From positions 11,845 through 75,844 of the forward strand of contig CACPID010000001.1 of the NCBI GenBank assembly GCA_902633965.1: a DNA stretch of 64,000 nt, in the 5' to 3' direction. The position numbers and the translations under genes are program-made. The notes under the pieces are model-generated. The model had not been told where the DNA came from. It was given only the letters and a program-made list of their open reading frames with translations, and did not search any database. The stretch is from an uncultured Pelagibacteraceae bacterium. Lineage in GTDB: Bacteria; Pseudomonadota; Alphaproteobacteria; Pelagibacterales; Pelagibacteraceae. Each line of letters opens with the position of its first letter. Within the stretch, counting starts at the first letter, position 1. Of the stretch, positions 1 to 11,468 are shown piece after piece.

Positions 1-657
1 TCTGAATATAAATTGCATTGTTGGATCATAACTTGAATTATTAAATTGTCCTTGTCCCATTATTAAAAATATAACTATTAAAATTGATATAGAGATTAAA
101 TAAAAATAAAATAATTGAGTATATACATCATCTTTTACTGATGTGTATTTTGTTATAACCATAGAAGATGCATATAAAAATGCGCTCAAAACCGGAAGTA
201 AATTTTTATATTCAAATTCTGAAAAGTTTGGATTTAAAACCACGTATACACCAATAAATCCAAATACAATTGCTGACCATCTTCTTATACCTATAAATTC
301 CTTTAAAAAAAATTTTGCAAATATTGAAACAAAGAAAGGGCTTGAAAAAAATAATGCGTTTGCAGTTGCAAGAGGCATAAAAGTTAAAGATATAAAAAAT
401 GCAGAAAAAGCTAGAAAGTGCAGAACAACTCTTAAAATTGTTAAAAAAGGATATTGAGTTTTAAGAGAAACCTTTTTTTTGGCAATTACTACAAAACAAA
501 ATAATAAAAAAGATGCAACAACATATCTACCAAAAAATATTTCATATAAAGCTGATTTTTCAAAAACAAACTTGATAAGTGCGTCTTGCATAGCAAATAA
601 AGACATTGCAATAATGACAAGTACTATACCTCTTGGATTATTATTTTGAGCACTCAT
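1..657 (-). CDS. DMT/EamA family transporter (3' end outside the window)
   Basis: Read manually on the minus strand from ATG at 657: MSAQNNNPRGIVLVIIAMSLFAMQDALIK..., hydrophobic and typical of the EamA N-terminus. Absent from the ORF track because it runs off the window. Confidence 0.8.
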   Translation of the reverse strand, partial: MSAQNNNPRGIVLVIIAMSLFAMQDALIKFVFEKSALYEIFFGRYVVASFLLFCFVVIAKKKVSLKTQYPFLTILRVVLHFLAFSAFFISLTFMPLATANALFFSSPFFVSIFAKFFLKEFIGIRRWSAIVFGFIGVYVVLNPNFSEFEYKNLLPVLSAFLYASSMVITKYTSVKDDVYTQLFYFYLISISILIVIFLIMGQGQFNNSSYDPTMQFIFR

Positions 658-715
658 TATTTAAATTACCACTTTTTTTATTTTAAAAAATAAAATTATA
701 TGAGACTATATATCA

Positions 716-1126
716 ATGGCAGAAAAAATATTTGTAAATAAAAAAGGGAGTTGTATTTGTGGAGCAATTAATTTCACAGTTAAACTTGATGAAATACCAA
801 GAGTTTTTAACTGCCACTGCCAAGATTGTAGAAAAAAAATAGGTGGGATGATTTCAATTATTGAATTACGAGAGAATGCTATTGATATAGAGATGAGCAA
901 ATTATCGATTTACGAGCATAATGGCGGAAGTGAAAAAAAAATAAAAAAACATTTTTGTAAAAAGTGTGCTGCTCCTGTACTCACTTATGTAGAAAAATGG
1001 AATAAATATTATTTATATGCTGGATTGCTCGATGATATTACAATTTTAAAAAAAGCAATTAATATTTTTTATGAAAATTCTCATTTCCCTTTTATGGATA
1101 TAGAAGATAAGAAATTAAAAGTATAA
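716..1126 (+). CDS. GFA (CENP-V) family Zn-binding protein
   Basis: GSCICG, NCHCQDCRK and HFCKKC motifs. Confidence 0.85.
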   Translation: MAEKIFVNKKGSCICGAINFTVKLDEIPRVFNCHCQDCRKKIGGMISIIELRENAIDIEMSKLSIYEHNGGSEKKIKKHFCKKCAAPVLTYVEKWNKYYLYAGLLDDITILKKAINIFYENSHFPFMDIEDKKLKV

Positions 1127-1130
1127 ATTT

Positions 1131-2159
1131 TTACTTACCTTTTGTTAGAGACTCTTTTAATTCCTTATTTGTAATATAGCCTTTAATGTTACCTTTCTTA
1201 TCCACAACTTCACAATTTGCATTGGTGCAAACAACTTGTGGTAAAAATTCTTCAATAAATTGATCTTCTTGAACTTTTAAAAGGTTAGATTTATCAATAC
1301 CATTAACTTTTTCTTTTGGAGTCATGATAACCTTAGCTTTTATAACTTTGGCTCTATTCACATCTTTGACAAATGCAGCAACATATTCATCTGCAGGATT
1401 CATTATTATATCAACCGGACTACCAACTTGAACAAGTTTTCCAGCATTAAGTATTCCAATATGATCACCTAATCTAAGTGACTCGTCTAAATCATGAGTA
1501 ATAAAGACAATAGTTTTTTTTAACTGTTCTTGTAAATCTAATAATTGTTTCTGCATATCACTTCTTATTAATGGGTCTAAAGCAGAAAATGCTTCATCCA
1601 TTAACATAATATCAGTATCAGTAGCTAAAGCTCTTGCTAATCCAACTCTTTGCTGCATTCCACCAGATAATTGATTAGGATATTGATTCTCAAATCCACT
1701 AAGCCCAACAGCCTCAATTTTATTCATACAAATTTTTTTTCTTTCCTCGTCAGTAATACCTTGTATCTCTAGTCCATACCCGACATTTTGAATTACAGTT
1801 TTATGTGGAAATAAACCAAATCTTTGAAAAACCATGCTCATTTTATGTCTTCTAAAATCAATTAGTTTTTGTTGGCTTAAAGTCATTACATCAGTACCTT
1901 CAACTAAAATTTCACCCTCAGTTGGATCAATTAATCTATTTAAATGTCTGATCAGAGTAGATTTACCAGAGCCAGATAAACCCATACAAACAAATATTTC
2001 GCCTTCCTCAATCTTCATGGAAACATTATCCAAGCCAACTGTATGGCCAGTTTTTTCTAAAATTTCCTCTTTTGATGATCCTTCTTTAACCATTGGTAGA
2101 ACTGACTTTGGATTGCTACCAAAAATTTTATAAACATTATTAATTTCAATCTTCGACAT
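1131..2159 (-). CDS. proV: Glycine betaine/proline ABC transporter ATP-binding subunit (ProV/OpuAA)
   Basis: Walker A GLSGSGKST, LSGGMQQRVGLARAL and DEAFSALDPLIR. Start taken at MSKIEINNV (2159). Confidence 0.88.
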   Translation of the reverse strand: MSKIEINNVYKIFGSNPKSVLPMVKEGSSKEEILEKTGHTVGLDNVSMKIEEGEIFVCMGLSGSGKSTLIRHLNRLIDPTEGEILVEGTDVMTLSQQKLIDFRRHKMSMVFQRFGLFPHKTVIQNVGYGLEIQGITDEERKKICMNKIEAVGLSGFENQYPNQLSGGMQQRVGLARALATDTDIMLMDEAFSALDPLIRSDMQKQLLDLQEQLKKTIVFITHDLDESLRLGDHIGILNAGKLVQVGSPVDIIMNPADEYVAAFVKDVNRAKVIKAKVIMTPKEKVNGIDKSNLLKVQEDQFIEEFLPQVVCTNANCEVVDKKGNIKGYITNKELKESLTKGK

Positions 2160-2275
2160 TTTCACACAATATTTAACAGCTTGAGGAGAGTGATACAAAA
2201 TAAATAAATACAACTTTTAATTGAAATATAATTTTTTCAATTTATTTTAGTTAAAAATATAATAATTTTACAAAC

Positions 2276-3007
2276 ATGAGTGATAAAGATTTTAATGTTA
2301 GATGTGAATTGGCTGCTCTTTACAGAATTCTTCACATGTATGGCATGACCGATCTTGCTAATCAATGTGCCGGTGCTCGTTCAATTGAAAATAAAGATAA
2401 CTCTTTTGTTCATCCTTATGGAATGTTTTATGAGGAAATAACAGCGTCATCACTTGTTAAAATTAATAAAGAGGGCAAAGCAATTGAAAATGATAATCCC
2501 TGGCTTAACGATGGATGTAATAATCTTGCAAAATGGATATTCAATGCAAGGCAAGATGTAAATTTTTATGTCCATGGACACGCAAACGATGTAATGGCAG
2601 TTGGTGGAACTAAAGAAGGATTAATGTATTTATCGCAAGCTGCAGTCTATCTTAATCATTTAATTGGATACGTAGACTATGAATTTGTTGAGGATAAAGA
2701 CTACGGAAATAAATTTATATCTTTAATAAAGCAACACGACATATTAATTACAAGGAACCATGGATATTATACTGTTGGCAAAACCGCATCTGAAGCTTTT
2801 TTTAGGGCATATTATTTAGAACAAGCATGCACAGTTCAGGTAAAAAATTTATCTATGGGATTAAAAGTACACGAAATCGACAAGCAAAAGGCAGCCTTCT
2901 TTTGGGAGAATATGGACAAATCTGATGATTATAATTATGATGGCAAAACAGAATGGGCTGCACTTTTAAGAAAACTAGATAGAGAGAAATCAAATTATAA
3001 AACTTAA
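2276..3007 (+). CDS. Class II aldolase/adducin family protein
   Basis: RCELAALYR...GMTDL, PYGMFYEEITASSLVKI, HGH, RNHG and C-terminal EWAALLRKLDR. Confidence 0.8.
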   Translation: MSDKDFNVRCELAALYRILHMYGMTDLANQCAGARSIENKDNSFVHPYGMFYEEITASSLVKINKEGKAIENDNPWLNDGCNNLAKWIFNARQDVNFYVHGHANDVMAVGGTKEGLMYLSQAAVYLNHLIGYVDYEFVEDKDYGNKFISLIKQHDILITRNHGYYTVGKTASEAFFRAYYLEQACTVQVKNLSMGLKVHEIDKQKAAFFWENMDKSDDYNYDGKTEWAALLRKLDREKSNYKT

Positions 3008-4155
3008 TGCAAAATTTTACTATTAAAAATATAACAAAGAACTCAAATTGCCTTGAAGTTCTTTGGGACGATGGAAAAAAAAGTAAATTTAATTACATGT
3101 GGTTAAGAGATAATTGCCCCACAGCTCATGATAAAGATTCACGACATAGAATGTTTAATATCCTAAAGGTATCAAACCAAATTAATCCAAAGAAATATTC
3201 TATAAATAGTGCGGGTAAATTAGAAATTGAGTGGAGTGAGGGAAATCACACAAGTTATTATGATCAAAACTGGCTGAGAGAAAATTGCTATACTATTAAA
3301 AATAATTCTCAGTATATTTCACCATACAAACTCTGGGATAATTCTCTTCAACAAAATCTTAAATCGATTGAAATTGAGCATGATGAAATAATGAATTCTG
3401 AGGCTGGCTTAGTAAAATGGTTAGAACTCCTTCATCATACAGGTATCGCAATCGTTAAAAATGCACCGGTTGAAAAAAAATCAGGTTTTAAAATATTAAA
3501 TAGGATAAGCCACACACGTGAAACTTTTTTCAAAACACCATTTGAGGTGATTAATATTCCAAAACCAAACAACTCTGCTTATACAGCTCATGCTTTGAGA
3601 AACCATATGGATTTACCTTGGTTTGAAACCCCTCCAGGTTACCAGTTCTTACATTGTTTAATAAATTCAGCAGAAGGTGGAGAGTCATCAGCGGTTGATG
3701 GCTTTGCAGTTGCGGATTATCTTAGAAAAAATGAGCAAGATATATTTGATACTTTAATAAATGTTCATCTAAAGTTTAGAGATATGGATTATACGCAAGA
3801 GTCTGTTAGAAGTTATTATGCTCCTGCTGTATCGCTTACTAAAGATAAGGATTATCATGATATTAGATTTAGTGTTGCAACAATGGATGCATTAGATTGC
3901 CACCCAGATTTGATGGATAAAGTTTATAAAGCACATCATAGATTTGGTAATCTTTTGCACGATGATAAGTTTCAAATAAAGTTTAGGTTAGAACCAGGAG
4001 ATATTTTTTCTTTTAATAATAGACGATTATTACATGGAAGAACTGAATATGACCCTAATTCTGGTCATCGACATTTGCAGGGATATTATATGGATAGAGA
4101 TGAAATTATAGGAAGATTAAAATATTTAAAAAATAAATCTAATTCCAACCAGTAA
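3007..4155 (+). CDS. Gamma-butyrobetaine/trimethyllysine hydroxylase-like TauD/TfdA 2OG-Fe(II) dioxygenase
   Basis: N-terminal WLRDNCP Zn domain, HMD iron motif, FNNRRLLHGR and RHLQGYY. Confidence 0.85.
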   Translation: MQNFTIKNITKNSNCLEVLWDDGKKSKFNYMWLRDNCPTAHDKDSRHRMFNILKVSNQINPKKYSINSAGKLEIEWSEGNHTSYYDQNWLRENCYTIKNNSQYISPYKLWDNSLQQNLKSIEIEHDEIMNSEAGLVKWLELLHHTGIAIVKNAPVEKKSGFKILNRISHTRETFFKTPFEVINIPKPNNSAYTAHALRNHMDLPWFETPPGYQFLHCLINSAEGGESSAVDGFAVADYLRKNEQDIFDTLINVHLKFRDMDYTQESVRSYYAPAVSLTKDKDYHDIRFSVATMDALDCHPDLMDKVYKAHHRFGNLLHDDKFQIKFRLEPGDIFSFNNRRLLHGRTEYDPNSGHRHLQGYYMDRDEIIGRLKYLKNKSNSNQ

Positions 4156-5569
4156 CTGTTTTTACTTCTAAAAACTCCTCAAGACCCCAAACGCCTCCCT
4201 CTCGACCATTTCCAGATTGTTTGTATCCACCAAAAGGTGTACCAGCATCAGCGCTTTTACCGTTAATATATACACAGCCAGATCTTAATTTTTTTGCAAC
4301 TCTTTTTGCTTTTTCTTTATCTTCAGTTTGTAAGTAGTTTCCTAAACCATAAGAGGTATCATTTACAATTTTAATAGCCTCATCTTCAGTATTAAATGGA
4401 ATAATTGATAACACTGGACCAAAAATTTCTTCTTTTGCAATTGTCATTTCATTTGTAACATTAGTGAATATAGTTGGTTTTATAAAGTAGCCTTTATTTA
4501 ACCCATTGGGTAATTCAGGTCCACCTGCTGAAAGTGTTGCACCTTCCTCAATGCCACTTTTAATTAATTTAATAATTTTATCGTATTGAATTTTAGATAC
4601 TACAGGTCCTATGTGATCTCCCTTTTTTGAAGCTAAATCTACTTTGATTTTATTTGCTTCATCAATTGCTTCATCAACAGCTTTTTTGTAAATAGATTTT
4701 TCTACTAACATTCTTGTAGGGGCATCACATGATTGACCAGAGTTACTCATTACATTTCTAATTCCATCCCGCACAGCGTTTGGATATGCATCTGCAAAAA
4801 CTATATTGCCTCCCTTTCCACCAAGCTCTAAACAAACTTTTTTAATAGTATCAGCTGCATTCTTTGAAATAAGTCTCCCAGCTCTTGTAGAACCAGTAAA
4901 TGAAATCATATCTATATCAGGATGACCAGATAATTGAGTTCCTACTCCAGCACCATCTCCATTAATTAAATTAAATACACCTTTTGGAAATTTAGCTTCG
5001 TCAATCATTTCTGCAAAGACCATTGCTGATAAAGGAGATATTTCAGAGGGCTTAAGTATCATTGTGCAACCTGTTGCAAGAGCTGGAATTACTTTGAGTG
5101 CAATTTGGTTTATTGGCCAGTTCCAAGGAGTTATTAATCCGCATACACCTATTGGCTCATAACAGATATGGTTATTAGATTTTTTATCAAATTGCTTATC
5201 AAAATTAAAATTTTTTAATCTTAAAATAAAGTCTTCAAGATGTGCTTGACCAGATGCAGTTTGAACTTCTTTTGCCCAATCAATTGGAGCACCCATTTCA
5301 GTTGATATAGCCTCAGACATAATATCAAATTTTTTTTTATAAATTGCTAGTAGCGTCTCAAGCAAATTAATCTTTTTATCTTTTGGTACATCTCTCCAAC
5401 TTTCGAACGCATTTTTTGCAGCTATAACTGCTTTATCAACATCTTCTTTTGATCCTAAAGAAATTTTTGCAAAACATTCCTCATTTGATGGGTTGATAAC
5501 ATCAAAATCGTTATCTTTATTTGGATCTACCCATTTGCCATCAATATAAAATTTTTTTCTGTCCAACAT
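4139..5569 (-). CDS. Aldehyde dehydrogenase
   Basis: ITPWNWP, FTGSTRAG, LELGGKG, catalytic GQSC and EEIFGPV. Confidence 0.93.
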   Translation of the reverse strand: MLDRKKFYIDGKWVDPNKDNDFDVINPSNEECFAKISLGSKEDVDKAVIAAKNAFESWRDVPKDKKINLLETLLAIYKKKFDIMSEAISTEMGAPIDWAKEVQTASGQAHLEDFILRLKNFNFDKQFDKKSNNHICYEPIGVCGLITPWNWPINQIALKVIPALATGCTMILKPSEISPLSAMVFAEMIDEAKFPKGVFNLINGDGAGVGTQLSGHPDIDMISFTGSTRAGRLISKNAADTIKKVCLELGGKGGNIVFADAYPNAVRDGIRNVMSNSGQSCDAPTRMLVEKSIYKKAVDEAIDEANKIKVDLASKKGDHIGPVVSKIQYDKIIKLIKSGIEEGATLSAGGPELPNGLNKGYFIKPTIFTNVTNEMTIAKEEIFGPVLSIIPFNTEDEAIKIVNDTSYGLGNYLQTEDKEKAKRVAKKLRSGCVYINGKSADAGTPFGGYKQSGNGREGGVWGLEEFLEVKTVTGWN

Positions 5570-5577
5570 GTTAGCAA

Positions 5578-6519
5578 TTATATTTCGTAACCTTTTTCTT
5601 CTTTTTCATCATCAATTAGTTCTTCAGGAAAATTTGATGCTCTAAAATTAATACCTAATTTATCCTCAAATCTTTTAACAACCATAGAAGACCAAGCTCT
5701 AGAACCATATTTTTTTTTTGCATCTTTAAAAATATCCAGTACCAAAGGTGAAATTTCTAAATTTGTCTCTAATTTTTTTGCCAATTGATTAAACAAACCA
5801 ACATCCTTTTCAACCAAATCCATTGTAAAGTTTATATTATATGATCCATTTAAAATAACTTGGCTTTCTGTTTCATGTACAAAAGAATTACCTGAGGATA
5901 CTGCTATACCTTTGAAGGTTTTGGTAAGATCTAATTTTGATTTTTTTGCAACCGCCCATGCCTCTCCCAACGCAGCTAAATGCGTAGATGCAAGATAATT
6001 AGTTATTACTTTAAGTATTGAAGCACTTCCTAATTCCCCTGTGTGAAGTATTTTTCTCCCCATTGATGAAAGAGCGGGTAAAATTTTTTCAAAAGCTTTT
6101 CTTTCTCCACCAACAAAAATTGCTATGTTACCTGTTGCTGCTCTATGGCACCCACCACTAACTGGACCATCAAGGGGTATTCCTCCTTTTTCTGATACTA
6201 GTTTTCCCATTCTCTTGACTTCGGCTTCATCTGTAGTACTCATCTCTAGCCAAATTTTGTCTTTACTTATACCCTTAAGAATACCATTTGGTCCTTCCAT
6301 CACATCTTTACATATTTCTGGTGAAGGGAGACAAGTAATTATTAAATCAACACCTTCAGTAAGCTCTCTGGAGTTTTCAGCTATTTTTGCCCCCTTTTTT
6401 TTGAATTCATCAGTCAAACTTTTATCTAAATCTCTAACAGTTAGGTCAAATTTATTTCTCAGTAAACTACCAGCTAATTTGCCACCGACATTTCCCAATC
6501 CAATAAAGCCGATTTTCAT
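5578..6519 (-). CDS. 3-hydroxyisobutyrate dehydrogenase-like NAD(P)-dependent beta-hydroxyacid dehydrogenase
   Basis: IGFIGLGNVG Rossmann motif, DGPVSGG and KVITNYL. Confidence 0.85.
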   Translation of the reverse strand: MKIGFIGLGNVGGKLAGSLLRNKFDLTVRDLDKSLTDEFKKKGAKIAENSRELTEGVDLIITCLPSPEICKDVMEGPNGILKGISKDKIWLEMSTTDEAEVKRMGKLVSEKGGIPLDGPVSGGCHRAATGNIAIFVGGERKAFEKILPALSSMGRKILHTGELGSASILKVITNYLASTHLAALGEAWAVAKKSKLDLTKTFKGIAVSSGNSFVHETESQVILNGSYNINFTMDLVEKDVGLFNQLAKKLETNLEISPLVLDIFKDAKKKYGSRAWSSMVVKRFEDKLGINFRASNFPEELIDDEKEEKGYEI

Positions 6520-6577
6520 GTGCGTCCTAATTAGTAAATTAATAATTTTTTAAACATGATATAATTTATTAATTAAA

Positions 6578-7060
6578 ATGTATTTAAATAAAATTAAAAC
6601 AACTATAAGCTTTTTTTTAATATTATCAGTCATTTCAATAAACAAATTTGCTTTTGCTGAGATAATAAAGCCAAATAATGGTATTGAACCTCTTCAAGTT
6701 GTGAAAATTCAATTAAGAGGATTAAAGAATAATAGCAAAGAATATAAAGATGATGGTATCGAGCAGACTTGGGCATTTGCACATCCAGATAACCAAAGAT
6801 ACACAGGACCACTTGAGAAATTTAAAATTATGCTAAAAGGTGAGGCATACTCAATGTTGCTGAATCATAAAGAGCATAACATTAAAGAAATTTTTTTATC
6901 AGAGGATGTTGCAACCTTTGAAGTAATTATTTTAAATGCTGAAAAAGAATATTTTAAATTTAAATGGCAAGTTGAAAAATTTATTGAGGAAGGACCACTA
7001 AAGGATTGTTGGTTAACAACAGCTGTATCCTCACCAATATCTATGGGGTCATCAATCTAA
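6578..7060 (+). CDS. Exported protein, DUF4864-like
   Basis: N-terminal signal peptide; VVKIQL...WAFAHP...F..ML...Y...CWLT pattern. Confidence 0.6.
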   Translation: MYLNKIKTTISFFLILSVISINKFAFAEIIKPNNGIEPLQVVKIQLRGLKNNSKEYKDDGIEQTWAFAHPDNQRYTGPLEKFKIMLKGEAYSMLLNHKEHNIKEIFLSEDVATFEVIILNAEKEYFKFKWQVEKFIEEGPLKDCWLTTAVSSPISMGSSI

Positions 7061-7266
7061 TGCCAAAATTACCTGATTATATAAGAGTAGCAATTTTAAT
7101 GGGAATTTTATGCATTCCACCTATTGCAGCAACCCAAATTGGTTGGTTTCTTTGGGGGAAAGAAGCGGGCATTAATTGTGGTATGGTTGTTGGAGTAATT
7201 AGTGTGACTATCGCGGCCTACCTAATGTACCAGAAGGGTTGGAGAGATTCTGATGATGACTATTAA
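7060..7266 (+). CDS. Small two-helix membrane protein
   Basis: ATG overlaps the upstream stop (TAATG); MPKLPDY..., two hydrophobic segments and an acidic tail. Confidence 0.6.
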   Translation: MPKLPDYIRVAILMGILCIPPIAATQIGWFLWGKEAGINCGMVVGVISVTIAAYLMYQKGWRDSDDDY

Positions 7267-7309
7267 ATTTATGTTTCGTTAAGATGAGAAATTTAGTAGG
7301 AATCCAATT

Positions 7310-9742
7310 ATGAAATCAAAAGCTAAAGTAGTTATAGTTGGTGGAGGTGTAGTTGGAGTAAGCGCACTTTATCATTTAGCAAAAAAAGGATGGTCCGATG
7401 TTGTTTTAGTTGAGAGAAAAGAACTAACATCCGGATCAACTTGGCATGCTGCCGGACTTTTACCATTGTTTAATATGAGTTATTCAGTGGGACAACTTCA
7501 TAAATACGCAGTCAATCTTTATAAAACATTAGAAAAAGAAACAGGAAAAAATGTTGGCTTTAGTGTTGTATCAAATATTAGATTAGCAAGCACTAAAGAT
7601 CGAATGGATGAATATCATCAGTATGCAGGAGTTGCACAAACAATTGGAGTCGATGTAAAATTCTTAACACCTGACCAAGTAAAAGAAATTTGGCCACTGT
7701 GTAATACTTCAGATCTAGTTGGTGCAATTCAACACCCAGAGGACGGTTACATTCAACCTGCCGATCTTACTCAAGCTTTAGCAACCGGCGCAAGAAATAG
7801 AGGCGCAGAAATTTATAGAAACACAAATGTAGTCGGAATTAAACAAACAAAAGATGGATGGGTTGTTGAAACTGATAAAGGTTCTATCGAGTGTGAACAT
7901 GTGATGTCATGTTCTGGTAATTTTGCAAGACAAACTGGTAAGATGGTTGGATTAGATATTCCTGTTATTCCAGTTGAACATCAATACATCGTGACTGAAC
8001 CGCATCCAGAAATACAAAAAAGAAAAAAACAAGGACTTCCAGAGATGGGAGTTTTAAGAGACAGTGATAGTAGATGGTACATGAGAGAGGAAGCTGGAGG
8101 TTTGATTTTAGGACCTTATGAAGATGGTGCTCCATGTTGCTATGTAGACGGACCATCAAAAGACTCTGAGTATGAACTATTTCAAGAAGATCTTGATAGA
8201 CTTGCTCCTCACATTGAAGGCGCAATCCACCGAGTACCTGCATTTGGAGAAGTTGGCGTAAAGAAAGTTTATAATGGTGCTATATGCTATACACCAGATG
8301 GTAATCCAATAGTTGGTCCAGCTTGGGGATTGAAAAATTTTTGGATTAATGAGGGACATAGTTTTGGAATTACAGCAGCTGGTGGTGCAGGTTGGCAATT
8401 AGCAGAATGGATTGTTGATGGAGAACCAACTATTGATATGTTAGGCGTTGAGCCAAGAAGATACGGAGATTATTGTTCAAAATCATATCTTAAAGAAAAA
8501 AATGAAGAAGCATATAGAAATGTATTTATAATTCATTATCCAGATGAGGAAAGAGGAGCTGCAAGACCATTAAGAACAGCACCATGTTATGATAGAATGA
8601 AAAATTTGGGAGCTGTGTTTGGACAAAAATTTGGATGGGAGAGACCAAATTTTTTTGCAACTGATGGGATGAAACAAGAGGACGATTGGTCTTTTAGAAG
8701 ATCAAAATGGTTTGAGGCTATAAAAAAAGAATGCAAGAACGTGAAAGAAAATGTTGGATTGCTAGATATGACAGCTTTTGCAAAATGTAGAATCAAAGGT
8801 CCTAAAGCGGAAGAATTTTTAGATAAATTAGTCGCTAACAAACTTCCAAAAAAAGTTGGAAGAATAAATTTGTGTCATGCTTTAAATACAAAAGGTGGTG
8901 TGCACTCTGAATTTACAATTATGCGAGAAGCAGAGGACAGTTTTTATTTAGTTTCGGCAGGTGCTTTTCAAAGATTAGATCATGATTGGATATTAAAATG
9001 GATGCCAAGCGATGGCTCAGTACAATTTGAAAATTTAACAAATAGTACGGGTGTATTAGTAGTCTCTGGGCCAAAAGCTAGAGAATTGATGCAAAGAGTT
9101 TCAAAAGATGATTTTTCAAATGAAAATTTTAAATGGTTAAGTGCTAAAAATGTGGATATTGGTCAGGCGCCTGTAAACGCAATGAGAGTTAACTTTGTTG
9201 GAGAACTTGGTTGGGAGCTTCATCATGGCATAGAATATCAAAACCATATTTTTGATAAATTAATGGAGGCAGGTAAAGATTTAAATCTAAAACCATTTGG
9301 AATACGAGCGATGAATAGTTTAAGAGTAGAAAAATCTTATAAATTAGTTGGAACAGAATTATCTATCGAATACTCTCCCTATGAGAGTGGACTTGATAGG
9401 TTTATTCACCCAAATAAGGGAAACTTTATAGGTCTAGATGCACTTAATAAATGGAGAGAAAAAGGATTTAACAATAAATTAATTACCCTTGAAGTTCATA
9501 ACACAACAGATGCAGATGTTTTAGGAAACAATCCTATTTATGAAAATGGATCAGTGATAGGTAGAGCAACAGGTGGTGATTTTGGTTTTAGATTAGGAAA
9601 ATCTATCGCATTAGGTATGGTTAAACCAGAATTAGCTAACGTTGGACAAAAATTAAAAATTGATATACTTGGTAAGATGCATGAGGCAACAATATTAGAG
9701 GAAAGTCCTTATGATCCTGAAAATAATTTATTGAGAGCTTAA
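7310..9742 (+). CDS. Dimethylglycine/sarcosine dehydrogenase-like flavoprotein (FAD oxidoreductase plus GcvT domain)
   Basis: [24 protein letters not shown] and GELGWELH; 810 aa; followed by ETF genes. Confidence 0.88.
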   Translation: MKSKAKVVIVGGGVVGVSALYHLAKKGWSDVVLVERKELTSGSTWHAAGLLPLFNMSYSVGQLHKYAVNLYKTLEKETGKNVGFSVVSNIRLASTKDRMDEYHQYAGVAQTIGVDVKFLTPDQVKEIWPLCNTSDLVGAIQHPEDGYIQPADLTQALATGARNRGAEIYRNTNVVGIKQTKDGWVVETDKGSIECEHVMSCSGNFARQTGKMVGLDIPVIPVEHQYIVTEPHPEIQKRKKQGLPEMGVLRDSDSRWYMREEAGGLILGPYEDGAPCCYVDGPSKDSEYELFQEDLDRLAPHIEGAIHRVPAFGEVGVKKVYNGAICYTPDGNPIVGPAWGLKNFWINEGHSFGITAAGGAGWQLAEWIVDGEPTIDMLGVEPRRYGDYCSKSYLKEKNEEAYRNVFIIHYPDEERGAARPLRTAPCYDRMKNLGAVFGQKFGWERPNFFATDGMKQEDDWSFRRSKWFEAIKKECKNVKENVGLLDMTAFAKCRIKGPKAEEFLDKLVANKLPKKVGRINLCHALNTKGGVHSEFTIMREAEDSFYLVSAGAFQRLDHDWILKWMPSDGSVQFENLTNSTGVLVVSGPKARELMQRVSKDDFSNENFKWLSAKNVDIGQAPVNAMRVNFVGELGWELHHGIEYQNHIFDKLMEAGKDLNLKPFGIRAMNSLRVEKSYKLVGTELSIEYSPYESGLDRFIHPNKGNFIGLDALNKWREKGFNNKLITLEVHNTTDADVLGNNPIYENGSVIGRATGGDFGFRLGKSIALGMVKPELANVGQKLKIDILGKMHEATILEESPYDPENNLLRA

Positions 9743-10491
9743 TGAAAATATTAGTCGCTGTAAAAAGAGTTATTGATTACAATGTACAAGTAAGAGTAAA
9801 GGAGGATGGCACTGGTGTTGTCACTGATAACGTAAAAATGTCAACTAATCCACCTGATGATAATGCTGTTGAAGAGGCTGTCAAAATTAAAGAGTCTGGT
9901 AAAGCAACCGAGGTAATTGCTATTACAATCGGCGAAGAGAAAGCTCAAGAAACTGTAAGAAAGGCTTTAGCAGTAGGAGCAGATAGAGGAATTCACGTTA
10001 AAGCTGATGGAATTTTGGAGCCTTTAGCGGTATCAAAAATTTTACAGAAAGTTGTTGAGAAAGAAAAACCAGATTTAGTCTTCATGGGCAAACAAGCTAT
10101 TGACGATGACTGTAACCAGACAGGTCAGATGCTAGCAGCTTTATTAAATTGGCCACAAGCTACTTTTGCCTCAAAAATTGAGGTCAAAGATAAATCTTTA
10201 GATGTAACTAGAGAAGTGGACGAAGGATTAGAAACCATATCAGTTAATGTACCTGCAATTGTTACTTGCGATTTAAGGTTAAATGAACCTAGATACGCGT
10301 CTTTACCAAATATAATGAAGGCTAAAAAGAAGCCTCTTGAGCAATTAAGTGCTACAGATTTAGGCATTGATACTAAGCCAAGAATCGAGCAAATTAAGGT
10401 TGAAGAACCTCCTAAAAGAAAAGCAGGTATCAAAGTAGGAAGTGTTGCGGAGTTAGTACAAAAACTTAAAAATGAGGCAAAAGTAATTTAA
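9742..10491 (+). CDS. etfB: Electron transfer flavoprotein beta subunit
   Basis: [21 protein letters not shown] and [10 protein letters not shown]. Confidence 0.96.
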   Translation: MKILVAVKRVIDYNVQVRVKEDGTGVVTDNVKMSTNPPDDNAVEEAVKIKESGKATEVIAITIGEEKAQETVRKALAVGADRGIHVKADGILEPLAVSKILQKVVEKEKPDLVFMGKQAIDDDCNQTGQMLAALLNWPQATFASKIEVKDKSLDVTREVDEGLETISVNVPAIVTCDLRLNEPRYASLPNIMKAKKKPLEQLSATDLGIDTKPRIEQIKVEEPPKRKAGIKVGSVAELVQKLKNEAKVI

Positions 10492-11444
10492 TGTCAGTTT
10501 TATTAATAGCAGAACATACAAATAAAGAATTAAAACCATTTACTTTAAATGCGATAACCGCCGCTTCTCAAATAGATCAAGATTTACATGTATTAGTGAT
10601 AGGTCATAACTCCGACGGTGCTGCAAAAGCTGCTTCAGCGGTTCCATTAGTTAAAAAAGTAATTCAAATTGAAAATCCTATTTATGAAAATTATTTAGCT
10701 GAAAATTTTACCCCAGTAATTATAAAACATGCTGAAAACTATTCTCATATAGTCTGTTCAGCTAATACGTTTGGTAAAAATTTAATGCCGAGAATTGCTG
10801 CTTTAATGGATTGTTCACAAGTAAGCGATATAATTAAAGTAATCTCTCCAGATACTTTTTTAAGACCAATTTATGCTGGAAATGCTTTTGCTACAGTTAA
10901 AAGTAATGATAAAAAAAAATGTGTAACCATAAGACCGACATCTTTTGATGCTGCACCATCTGATGGTGGATCAGCAGAAATAGTAAAAGGTGATGGAGCC
11001 GATGAATTTACTCTGACTAAGTTTGTTAAGAAAGAGGAAGTTAAATCTGACAGACCAGAGCTTGGAACTGCGAGAATTGTAATTTCTGGTGGTAGAGGTA
11101 TGCAGAGTGGTGACAATTTTAAATTAATCACTGCTATTGCAGATAAGTTAAACGCTGCAATTGGTGCCTCAAGAGCTGCAGTCGATGCAGGCTATATTAC
11201 AAATGATCACCAAGTTGGACAAACAGGAAAAGTTGTAGTCCCAGATCTTTATATTGCAGTAGGTATCTCAGGTGCAATTCAACATCTTGCTGGAATGAAA
11301 GAAAGCAAAGTAATAGTTGCAATCAACAAAGACGGAGAGGCTCCTATATTTAGTGTAGCAGATTATGGACTAGAGGCGGATTTGTTTGAAGCATTGCCGC
11401 AATTTCTAGAAGAATTGAACAAATTAAACACTATACAAAAATAA
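10491..11444 (+). CDS. etfA: Electron transfer flavoprotein alpha subunit
   Basis: RPIYAGNA, QVGQTGK and GISGAIQHLAGM. Confidence 0.96.
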   Translation: MSVLLIAEHTNKELKPFTLNAITAASQIDQDLHVLVIGHNSDGAAKAASAVPLVKKVIQIENPIYENYLAENFTPVIIKHAENYSHIVCSANTFGKNLMPRIAALMDCSQVSDIIKVISPDTFLRPIYAGNAFATVKSNDKKKCVTIRPTSFDAAPSDGGSAEIVKGDGADEFTLTKFVKKEEVKSDRPELGTARIVISGGRGMQSGDNFKLITAIADKLNAAIGASRAAVDAGYITNDHQVGQTGKVVVPDLYIAVGISGAIQHLAGMKESKVIVAINKDGEAPIFSVADYGLEADLFEALPQFLEELNKLNTIQK

Positions 11445-11468
11445 CAAATATTGTAAAAAAATACCATT

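Noticed and set aside
143-457. 104-aa plus-strand ORF
   Set aside because: It is the antisense shadow of the EamA gene on the minus strand.
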